A DNA stretch of 29,337 bases, taken from a virus. Lineage: Duplodnaviria > Caudoviricetes. Positions 15,358-23,023 of this stretch are shown in pieces. Every line of letters begins with the position of its first letter. The stretch's first letter is position 1. Under the pieces are notes generated by a model. It was not told where the DNA came from. It made no database searches and was given only the letters and a program-made list of their open reading frames with translations. The DNA lies in IMG/VR virus record IMGVR_UViG_3300017735_000067, positions 1 through 29,337 of that record; one strand, given 5' to 3'. Position numbers and translations under genes: made by a program.

Positions 15358-16674
15358 ATGAATAATAACGACAAACTAAAGACATGGCTCCGCAAGAATC
15401 CTAACAGATCAACGCTGAGTGCAAACGCGACAGACATAGCTTGTGCAGGCAAGCCACAGCTAGAGAAGTGGGTGATCGAATTGGGTGGTGATCCAGAGAT
15501 GATCTACAATACAGAATACACAAAGACATCGGCATCAGCTCCAGTAGCTACACCAGTAGCTAGCACTGGCGTATCGGATGCGGATAGAATCAAGATACTA
15601 CAGGATATGTTCGGTAGTAGTAGTGACAATCTTGATACAGATAAAGTAGAGCAGATCGTGCGATCCGTAGTGGATGCCGAAATCCTACCCACCATCGATC
15701 AACTGAAGGATGATGTTAAAGAGTTGGCTCCGCTAGCTAGCACACTGAAAGAGATCGCTGACATCATGAAGACAACCACATCGTCAAGATTGCCAATAGC
15801 TACGGCAGTAGCCAGCGGTAACAATCCAATGCTGGAGATTCTGCAACCATACTACACTGCTGGCGAAACTTGCTCAGTGCCAGTATGCATCTCTGCTCCA
15901 CCATCCTATGGTAAAAGCTACAGTGCTGAAATCCTTGGCAAGCAATACGAGACATTCGTCCAGCATGGATGCAATGGATCGGAGGATGAGTTTGCATCTC
16001 TGCAAGGTGGCTTCCAGCCAGACGGCAAGTCTGGTGGATGGAAAGTAGTAGACGGAAAGTTAGCACAGGCAGTGCGATCAGCGAGTGAGGGTAACAATAC
16101 GTTATTCTTTTTCGACGAAGCATTCCGAATGCATCCAGAGACCGCTGAAAATCTTCTACAGTTTCTGGCTCCGCAACCAGACGAAGATGGCGATGATGTA
16201 TACCAGCTATACACCAAGCACAGCGATGGCAGTAACCTAGAGTTACTGCAATGCAAGGCAGACAAGTTGCACATCATATGTGCGACCAATCTCTGCGAGG
16301 TCGAACCACCAGAAGCACTGATGTCTCGCTTCTTAATAAAACACGTTCAATACGAAACAAAGATGATTGAACACATCGGTGAATCAGTAGCTAAGAAGTT
16401 TGGCATAGCTAATCCAGAAAACTTAGCGAAGCTATTCGCTAAAGCCATGGGCGAGTCTCGCAAGATGCGAGCCAATGGTCAGCTACTCGTGCCACTTTGC
16501 ATTCGCACACTTAGACGGGGATGCATGAAGGCAACGGATGCCACTGACGAAAGTGTTCTCAAGTGGATCAGAGACGAAGGCATGGATGCCTTGAAGATGT
16601 GGAACTCAGACACTGGTGATGTTACCGAAGACAGTGAGTCTGGTGTTAGGGAACTAGCTAAGATTCTTAGCTAA
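15358..16674 (+). CDS. MoxR/CobS-like AAA+ ATPase
   Basis: Walker A APPSYGKS, Walker B LFFFDE, VDG.L..AV, sensor-1 ATN, ALMSRF arginine finger, sensor-2 IRTL. Confidence 0.88.
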   Translation: MNNNDKLKTWLRKNPNRSTLSANATDIACAGKPQLEKWVIELGGDPEMIYNTEYTKTSASAPVATPVASTGVSDADRIKILQDMFGSSSDNLDTDKVEQIVRSVVDAEILPTIDQLKDDVKELAPLASTLKEIADIMKTTTSSRLPIATAVASGNNPMLEILQPYYTAGETCSVPVCISAPPSYGKSYSAEILGKQYETFVQHGCNGSEDEFASLQGGFQPDGKSGGWKVVDGKLAQAVRSASEGNNTLFFFDEAFRMHPETAENLLQFLAPQPDEDGDDVYQLYTKHSDGSNLELLQCKADKLHIICATNLCEVEPPEALMSRFLIKHVQYETKMIEHIGESVAKKFGIANPENLAKLFAKAMGESRKMRANGQLLVPLCIRTLRRGCMKATDATDESVLKWIRDEGMDALKMWNSDTGDVTEDSESGVRELAKILS

Positions 16675-16702
16675 CGTATCAACAAATCAAATACACATAG
16701 AT

Positions 16703-18226
16703 ATGAATATGCTAGATACCATAACTAAAGCGTATCGCTTTTGTAAGCGTAACGTAACCGCTACCCAGAAGGGTGGCGTTCTAACACGAATGAAGATAGC
16801 TACTGGCAGACGATATAAGTTTGATGTCGATGCCAGTGTTAACACTGCAAACTGGTGTTATAACAATCGTCTCAATCGACATGAGATAAAATGCGGAACA
16901 TCATTGGATCGTATCTGTAATGCTGATACAAAGTCATCTCCGAAAAAGATGAAGGAGTTTATCCAGCAGATCATCCGACATGAGACTGAGCATGGCATCC
17001 AGACTGATCGCACTAATGTGGTCGGCACTTGGTGTAAGGATCATGGCATCCCATTCAGATTGTATAATCTGTTTGAAGACTGTCGCATCGAATACAACAG
17101 TGCTATCCGTAAGGATGGCGATGGTGCGTTCCGCTGGGTTAAATACCAAGATGTGGATACCAGCTATAACCTAGCTAGCTCACTACTATGGGCAATCAAG
17201 ATCAATGAAGCTGGTATTAAAAAGTCAGCTAGTGCATATGTGCCAGATTGGACGGGATCAGAGTATATGATCTACGCTGGTAAGAGACGTAAGACTCGTC
17301 TCATCGTGCTGGCTTTTTATCGCAGGATAATAGCTACCACTTGTTCGATGAACCTAATGCCAATCTGTCTTGAGTGGATAGAGTTATTCGGCAAAGAGGT
17401 TCCGCCATCCATGGGCGATGATACCATCAATGGTGAGCTTGATCCCAATTCACCAGAGGGTGAGGAAGTCGATGAGACTTCCCAAGTCGAAGTCGATGAC
17501 ACTAACCCAAACCAAGATAGGCAGAGTAGCTGGTGGGATCAAAAGACAAAGCCAATCAACGATCACCAGATATCAAGGATAGCTAGGGCGATGAATTCCA
17601 TCGTTACCAAAGCTAAGTCCACCAAGAATAAGCTATCCACCATGGGTAGTAAAATCTCAGTGGATCATATCATACAGGGAAGCGAGAGATCGTTTCTAAA
17701 ACGCGGTCGCACGAGAGGTAAGCGTAGAGTAACGCTCATTGTGGATACCAGTGGGTCGATGGAAAACACATGGAATGTTCATGGCGGTAGGGAATTCGTG
17801 TTAGCTTTCAGACAGCTAGCTAGGAAAAACCTAATCGATCTGGACATCCTATTGACTCAAGTCGATTGCACACGGAGTGCGGTATCCAAACGTATCGATA
17901 AAACTGATACAGATGAGTGGATCAACAACCTAGACTGCCAAGGATGTGGCGAGGGTGTTATGCAATGCATCAAACGGTTCCTACCGATGATCAAGAAAAG
18001 CACGACATCGATCATATTCACTGATGCGTATCTAACGGATGATGACATCGATACCCAGTTTTATCGCAACTTGGGTCTCAACATGATCGCATCATACATC
18101 GAACCCAATGACTGGGCGGTAGGTGGTGGTCGCAAAAGGATGGATCAGCACTTCGCCAGAAGTGTCATCGCGACCAACGCTACTGATCTAGCTAGAAGGT
18201 TAATGCGTGAAATCCTCAAGGACTAA
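16703..18226 (+). CDS. CobT-like vWA-domain protein with N-terminal HExxH motif
   Basis: RHETEH and NLFEDCRIE; MIDAS motif VDTSGSM ... IIFTD; adjacent to the AAA+ gene. Confidence 0.85.
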   Translation: MNMLDTITKAYRFCKRNVTATQKGGVLTRMKIATGRRYKFDVDASVNTANWCYNNRLNRHEIKCGTSLDRICNADTKSSPKKMKEFIQQIIRHETEHGIQTDRTNVVGTWCKDHGIPFRLYNLFEDCRIEYNSAIRKDGDGAFRWVKYQDVDTSYNLASSLLWAIKINEAGIKKSASAYVPDWTGSEYMIYAGKRRKTRLIVLAFYRRIIATTCSMNLMPICLEWIELFGKEVPPSMGDDTINGELDPNSPEGEEVDETSQVEVDDTNPNQDRQSSWWDQKTKPINDHQISRIARAMNSIVTKAKSTKNKLSTMGSKISVDHIIQGSERSFLKRGRTRGKRRVTLIVDTSGSMENTWNVHGGREFVLAFRQLARKNLIDLDILLTQVDCTRSAVSKRIDKTDTDEWINNLDCQGCGEGVMQCIKRFLPMIKKSTTSIIFTDAYLTDDDIDTQFYRNLGLNMIASYIEPNDWAVGGGRKRMDQHFARSVIATNATDLARRLMREILKD

Positions 18227-18230
18227 TACG

Positions 18231-18662
18231 ATGATCAGAAACCTAGAAGTCATCCTATACGTAGTCATACTGCTCGCGGCAGTAATCATCAGCGAAGCAC
18301 AAACACCATCGGAGATCGTCACAGCTACCATCATACTGGAAGCTGGTGGCGAATACTCTGAGGGTGCGATGCAAGCGGTATACGAAGTGATCGCCAATCG
18401 ATCAGCTAACCGCCAGCTAGCACTGAGTGAGGTCTGCCTGCAGGCATCCCAGTTTGCTTGCTGGAGCGACAAAGACGTAGCTAGCCAGATAGCTAAAGCC
18501 AAGTCTCACCCTAGATGGGGTGAGGCTTTTGTTATAACCCTGTATCCGAAAACCAACTACACTAACGGAGCAGATCACTACCATGCGGATCATGTCGATC
18601 CCTACTGGAATAAACACATGAAGGTGACCGCCATCATTGGTCGGCACATCTTCTACAAATAG
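18231..18662 (+). CDS. SleB/Hydrolase_2-like cell wall hydrolase
   Basis: N-terminal signal/TM; LEAGGE, VIANR, QFACW, GADHYHA, PYW, IGRHIFY motifs. Confidence 0.88.
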   Translation: MIRNLEVILYVVILLAAVIISEAQTPSEIVTATIILEAGGEYSEGAMQAVYEVIANRSANRQLALSEVCLQASQFACWSDKDVASQIAKAKSHPRWGEAFVITLYPKTNYTNGADHYHADHVDPYWNKHMKVTAIIGRHIFYK

Positions 18663-18673
18663 AAAGATAAATC

Positions 18674-18940
18674 ATGGCTAATAAAGAGATAACAATAGAG
18701 AGATGCCAGTATGGTGGCTGGAGCGTATACGAGTTTGATGTATACCCAAGGTCATCCGTGCTAGCTGGTCAGACACGTAAGCGTCACATCAATAGCTACG
18801 AAAAGCTGGAGGAAGCTGAGAAGCACTATCCCCAAGCGGACGTAGGTTGCAGGGATGCACACAATTCATTCGACCATCTGCCAGATGGGGATGACATGGA
18901 AGCGTTTGAGCGGGAATGCTTGAGACGCGAACAATACTAG
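18674..18940 (+). CDS. Hypothetical early protein
   Basis: 88 aa, YPRSSVLAGQ motif; last gene before the terminator. Confidence 0.75.
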   Translation: MANKEITIERCQYGGWSVYEFDVYPRSSVLAGQTRKRHINSYEKLEEAEKHYPQADVGCRDAHNSFDHLPDGDDMEAFERECLRREQY

Positions 18941-18955
18941 CTAGCTAGCTAGCCA

Positions 18956-18987
18956 AGCTCACACTCTTCGGGGTGTGGGCTTTTTTT
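18956..18987 (+). terminator. Rho-independent terminator ending the early operon
   Basis: AGCTCACACTC-TTCG-GGGTGTGGGCT plus T run; cUUCGg tetraloop. Confidence 0.9.
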
Positions 18988-19177
18988 ATGCCCGCACACA
19001 AAAAATTTCAGGGCGGGAATTTACTATGGACAACCCTCTATCCTAGCTACCCCATCAATTCTAAATCAAAACGACTCCTAGCCCCCATGATCCCCCAAAT
19101 CTTTGTGCATACGCAGGGTAAAAACGACTATGGACAACCCTCGCTCCTATATATATTGAAGTTTTTAAATTAGGTGC

Positions 19178-19206
19178 TTGACACCCTGTTGCATAACTGC
19201 AAACCT
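19178..19206 (+). promoter_or_regulatory. Possible promoter of the replication operon
   Basis: Perfect TTGACA at 19178; weak -10 (TGC-AAACCT) at 17-nt spacing. Confidence 0.4.
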
Positions 19207-19260
19207 ACGCTCATAGATCAGCACGAAGCTATCTAATAAAACATAACAAAAGGAGACAAA

Positions 19261-19704
19261 ATGCGAAAGCTAAAAACATATAGAGTATTACTATCAACCC
19301 TCTACGGAGAGTGGGTGACAGTGCAAGCCGAGAATGAAGACGAAGCAATGGACAGAGCCTCAGAGGGTTACCACAATGGGGTGGAGGACTCCGAGGTCAT
19401 CAACTCCGATATAGCTGGGGAGGTTGAGTTAATTGATGAGGAACCCTATAGCACAGAGCAAGTTTTGGATTTCATCAGAGATCACTGCATCCAGTGGGAG
19501 ATGATTGGTCATCCTTCAGAGGGCGATGCTCGCATTGAGTTCCATAACTACGAGAATGCTACTAAGTTCTGCGACTATCCCTACGATGATCGCAACTCTC
19601 TAATGGAGGGCATCTGGTTTATAATGGATATGCACTACCAGCAAGAAGACTACTACGCTCAAGACGCAAAAACGCAAAAGTTATATCCCAATGCTGATGT
19701 TTAA
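19261..19704 (+). CDS. Acidic hypothetical protein
   Basis: 147 aa; AAGGAG Shine-Dalgarno; VTVQAENEDEAMDRA motif. Confidence 0.8.
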   Translation: MRKLKTYRVLLSTLYGEWVTVQAENEDEAMDRASEGYHNGVEDSEVINSDIAGEVELIDEEPYSTEQVLDFIRDHCIQWEMIGHPSEGDARIEFHNYENATKFCDYPYDDRNSLMEGIWFIMDMHYQQEDYYAQDAKTQKLYPNADV

Positions 19705-20131
19705 CGAGAGTCATGCTTCCAAGTATGGATTGAAGGAAGCTATCATTCTGCATAAGGTAATCTTCTATGTCCTTATCAATAAGAAGGATGGGAGAAACTT
19801 GCACGGAGGGAAGCACTGGACGTTCAACTCAAGAGAGGGTTGGCGTTCAGTATTCCCCTTCCTTTCGGATATGCAGATATGGAGATCACTGAAGAATCTA
19901 GAGAAGCACGAGGCACTTATTAGTGACTCATTTAACCGCAGGGCGTATGACAAAACTCGTTGGTATACCCTTTCCAATAAGCTAAATATTGAAGTTAGCA
20001 AAAGTAGTTACTGGTCAAAAGCCATTTGCAAATCTGCAAAGAGCTATAACAAAATTGAAAAGACCGATAACAAAATTGAAACACCAATACCATTAGATAA
20101 TAATATTATACAAGAAATTAAACCCTATTAA
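19691..20131 (+). CDS. Phage replication initiator-like protein (winged helix)
   Basis: KYGLKEAIIL, WTFNS...W...FPFLS, FNRRAYDKTRWY and TPIP motifs; internal iterons; DnaB downstream. Confidence 0.7.
   Translation: MLMFNESHASKYGLKEAIILHKVIFYVLINKKDGRNLHGGKHWTFNSREGWRSVFPFLSDMQIWRSLKNLEKHEALISDSFNRRAYDKTRWYTLSNKLNIEVSKSSYWSKAICKSAKSYNKIEKTDNKIETPIPLDNNIIQEIKPY
20029..20120 (+). repeat. Three 21-bp-period iterons plus AT-rich tract (origin-like copy B)
   Basis: CAAATCTGCAA 20029, CAAAATTGAAA 20050 and 20071, then CACCAATACCATTA and AT-rich DNA, inside the initiator gene. Confidence 0.7.
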
Positions 20132-20133
20132 TT

Positions 20134-20895
20134 ATGAGTCATTTTTATAACTGCGATGAAACCGAACCCTTCCTTACGGAAGCCAGCACACCACCCCAAG
20201 CCAGAAAGATAGGTGCATATCCATCTGTCACTACAGTTATGGGTATCGTTAAAGAACCATTCCTTGACGGAATTTGGTCACCAGAACAATACATCCGATT
20301 AGCCAGAGAGTTTCCCAATGCTAGCCAACGGGACATCGAAAGACTCAAGTATGGAATGCGTGTGTCTCCAGTGGACGGAAAAGAAATAACTTCCTCGGAG
20401 TTTGGAACCACTGTTCATGCTAGACTTGAGGATCATACGAATTCTATTATAGCTACAAGATCACCAGCTAAGATGGATTCCGAGTGGGATGCTTGGGCTG
20501 AACCCTTCTTGAAGCACATAAAGGATAAGGATATTGAACCCGTAGCTAGCGAGCTTATAGCTTGGGACGATGAGATAAAAGTAGCTGGTTCCGTGGACTT
20601 CATTGGCAGGTTACCAGACGGAAAATATTACATGGCTGATTACAAGTGCAGGGACTGCAAGGGTAAGGGCGGTAAATTCTATGAGAAGAAGGACTGCACC
20701 CAGCTAGCTATTGAAAGTTGGATGCTAGCTAGGATGTGGGACTTAGAGTATCTACCTACCATTGTTAGCGTTTGCATTGATGTTGGAACCCAGAAGCATT
20801 TTCACAAGGAGTGGACTTGGAAGCAAATGCAGAAGGGTATCGAAAGATTCAAGCTAACTGCTGAACTCTACTGGATGGACTTCATGAACCCCTAG
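20134..20895 (+). CDS. PD-(D/E)XK exonuclease
   Basis: YPSVTTV, GTTVHARLE, AGSVD...DYK, QLA motifs. Confidence 0.85.
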   Translation: MSHFYNCDETEPFLTEASTPPQARKIGAYPSVTTVMGIVKEPFLDGIWSPEQYIRLAREFPNASQRDIERLKYGMRVSPVDGKEITSSEFGTTVHARLEDHTNSIIATRSPAKMDSEWDAWAEPFLKHIKDKDIEPVASELIAWDDEIKVAGSVDFIGRLPDGKYYMADYKCRDCKGKGGKFYEKKDCTQLAIESWMLARMWDLEYLPTIVSVCIDVGTQKHFHKEWTWKQMQKGIERFKLTAELYWMDFMNP

Positions 20896-20899
20896 CTGT

Positions 20900-21175
20900 A
20901 TGAAGGCGTATCTATTCACATACAAACATCTGGACGACGATTCAAATACAACATACTGTTGTTGGAAAATAGCTAAGGATGAAAACACTGCGTTCAAATT
21001 CGCATTTGGTAAAAGTAAAAAGAGAAATCAAAATACATTAACAACCAAGCGTGGAATGAGGATTCACGTATTAAACACCGAAGAACATGACGTATCTAAA
21101 ATATTCCCAGTTAGCTCAATACCGAAAAAAGAACCTGCCGAAAGAGTGTCCGATAATGAAAACTGGATGCTTTAA
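20900..21175 (+). CDS. Hypothetical protein
   Basis: 91 aa in operon; overlaps the next gene. Confidence 0.6.
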   Translation: MKAYLFTYKHLDDDSNTTYCCWKIAKDENTAFKFAFGKSKKRNQNTLTTKRGMRIHVLNTEEHDVSKIFPVSSIPKKEPAERVSDNENWML

Positions 21176-21530
21176 TCCCTGCGTGGATCACGATCACAAA
21201 ACTGGCATGGTCAGAGGCGTGGTATCCATGGAGGGCAACACATTCTTGGGGCGTGTAGAAAATAGCTTCCGAAGATTTGGGACAAGCTCCTCCGAGAGTC
21301 TACCAACTATACTCAGAAACATGGCTAATTACTTGGAAAAAGAATGCACAAATGTTCTTCATCCAGTGGGTCTCAAACAATTATCTGGACGATTTAGTCG
21401 CTTAGTCGTTCATGATCAAGTGTTTGCATTAAAGAAGCTAGGAGCAAAAAAAAGTGAAATAAAAGCTTGCACTAACTCAAAACAACGCACAGTCTTATAC
21501 CGTAAACTTATTACAAACTATGGAAAATAA
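21087..21530 (+). CDS. Recombination endonuclease VII-like protein
   Basis: VDHDHKTGMVRG...NTFLGRVEN matches the T4 gp49 catalytic pattern. Confidence 0.85.
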   Translation: MTYLKYSQLAQYRKKNLPKECPIMKTGCFNPCVDHDHKTGMVRGVVSMEGNTFLGRVENSFRRFGTSSSESLPTILRNMANYLEKECTNVLHPVGLKQLSGRFSRLVVHDQVFALKKLGAKKSEIKACTNSKQRTVLYRKLITNYGK

Positions 21531-21972
21531 AAACATACTATCGGAAATACAAACCGAACTCAAAGCCCCCAAGGGGCAACGCAATAACTTCGGCAACTAC
21601 AATTATCGTAGTGCTGAAGATATTTTAGAGGCTGTAAAGCCCCTGCTTAAAAAGCACAACTGTGCATTGGTGTCCAACGACGAAATGGTAGAACTCTCTG
21701 GTCGAGTATATGTTAAGACGACAGTTATTCTGGCGTTTGAAAATACTCCATTCGCTAGTGCTACCGCTTTTGCTCGTGAGGCTCTTACTAAAAAAGGTAT
21801 GGACGAAGCCCAGATTACTGGATCAGCTAGCTCGTATTCAAAAAAGTATGCCTTGAACTCCCTGCTGGCTATCGATGATACCAAGGATGCGGACTTCACC
21901 AATAAGCACGGCAAAGACTCTCCAGCTACTTCCACGAAGGCGGTAGCTAAAACTAAATCCGAACTAATATAG
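21520..21972 (+). CDS. erf: ERF-family single-strand annealing protein
   Basis: LKAPKGQRNNFGNYNYRSAEDILEAVKP and QITGSASSYSKKYAL motifs. Confidence 0.9.
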   Translation: MENKNILSEIQTELKAPKGQRNNFGNYNYRSAEDILEAVKPLLKKHNCALVSNDEMVELSGRVYVKTTVILAFENTPFASATAFAREALTKKGMDEAQITGSASSYSKKYALNSLLAIDDTKDADFTNKHGKDSPATSTKAVAKTKSELI

Positions 21973-21986
21973 GAGATATATAAAGT

Positions 21987-22205
21987 ATGCAAGAATACGA
22001 TAATACCAATAAGGGTGCGATGTTTAAAAACGATCGCAAACAAACTGAAACTCACCCAGACTTAGGTGGGACAATCAATGTAGAGGGCAAAGACTTTTAC
22101 ATTAATGCTTGGAAAAAGGAATCCAAGAAGGGCGTGCCTTTCTATTCCCTATCCGTTAAGGAAAAGGTGGCGAAGGAAGCTGTCGCTACCGAAGCACCTT
22201 TCTAG
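21987..22205 (+). CDS. Small ssDNA-binding-like protein
   Basis: GAMFKN..K....HPDLGG.I...G......AW pattern, C-terminal APF; follows ERF. Confidence 0.7.
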   Translation: MQEYDNTNKGAMFKNDRKQTETHPDLGGTINVEGKDFYINAWKKESKKGVPFYSLSVKEKVAKEAVATEAPF

Positions 22206-22229
22206 CACTAGCTAGCTACTAAGCCCCAG

Positions 22230-22275
22230 TGGGAGTTAGGAGGTTTTCATATCCCCTCCTAGCTCCCATTTTTTT
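22230..22275 (+). terminator. Rho-independent terminator
   Basis: TGGGAGTTAGGAGG / CCTCCTAGCTCCCA 14-bp stem plus T7. Confidence 0.85.
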
Positions 22276-22309
22276 AACTACAATTAAAATTAAAATAGAA
22301 AGAATAAAA

Positions 22310-22666
22310 ATGAAAAATAAAGAATCGATACTTCCCTCCAGCGGATCGATGACTAACTTCTCTACTGGTGCAGTAAGAGATGCAATGCAGGGCAAAGGAT
22401 TTCCCTCGCTGATTCCCACATGTGCTTTAACTTCCCTAGCTAAACGCTTTGAGGATGGTGCAACAAAGTATGGCAGAGATAACTGGAAGAAAGGAATTCC
22501 GCTATCTAGATACTGCGATGCCGCGAATCGCCACCTCTGGGCATTGATGGAGGGACGCACGGACGAAGATCATTTCGGTGCAGTCATGTGGAACATAGCC
22601 TGTTGGCAAAAAACAAAAAGAATGATTGACAGTCACCTGCTTCCAGAAGAACTTAACGACCTTTAA
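22310..22666 (+). CDS. dATP/dGTP diphosphohydrolase-like protein (DUF5664)
   Basis: FSTGAVRD, GATKYGRDNWKKG, ANRHL, DEDH...WN motifs; start MKNKES at 22310. Confidence 0.8.
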   Translation: MKNKESILPSSGSMTNFSTGAVRDAMQGKGFPSLIPTCALTSLAKRFEDGATKYGRDNWKKGIPLSRYCDAANRHLWALMEGRTDEDHFGAVMWNIACWQKTKRMIDSHLLPEELNDL

Positions 22667-22685
22667 TTCAACCCAAATAATAAAA

Positions 22686-23021
22686 ATGGATTACATCGAC
22701 AAATATAAAAAGAACTACCGCAAGGCTTTTGACAGAGAATTCAGCGAGCCAGAAGACAAAAAGATATCAGAGGAGTTTGTAGCTAAAGCTCGCAAAGACA
22801 TCCAATGGGGTAAGGACAATGGTCTTATCCAAGAGATGTGTATGGAGGACTACATAAAAACTCAGACTAGATTCAAGGGAACTGTTACGGATAAAATTCG
22901 CAAAACAGTTATTGATTCAAGTGGATTGATCCCAGAACAGCTATTAGCTGACTACTATGGACTTTCCGTTTGCACTATATCTAAAATCAAAAAAGCTCAT
23001 AGGGAATCCCTAGCTAGCTAG
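22686..23021 (+). CDS. Hypothetical protein with C-terminal HTH
   Basis: Start MDYIDKY at 22686; LADYYGLSVCTISKIKK. Confidence 0.7.
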   Translation: MDYIDKYKKNYRKAFDREFSEPEDKKISEEFVAKARKDIQWGKDNGLIQEMCMEDYIKTQTRFKGTVTDKIRKTVIDSSGLIPEQLLADYYGLSVCTISKIKKAHRESLAS

Positions 23022-23023
23022 TC

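Larger units (their letters stand above)
14498..16705 (+). repeat. Four dispersed copies of an A-rich translation leader ending in ATAGATATG
   Basis: GTATCAATAAACCAAATACAAAAATAGATATGAAAAA identical at 14498-14534 and 14849-14885; variants at 15329-15360 and 16676-16705. Confidence 0.95.

Noticed and set aside
14440-15360. Repeats as a CRISPR array or integron attC sites
   Set aside because: Spacers are whole genes of 270-390 nt, no cas or integrase is present, and the repeats fold as hammerheads
18342-18349. GCTGGTGG (E. coli Chi) match
   Set aside because: Isolated occurrences in coding DNA, expected by chance, and no evidence for an enterobacterial host
18973-19173. 66-aa ORF after the early terminator
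   Set aside because: Starts inside the terminator stem and spans regulatory repeats
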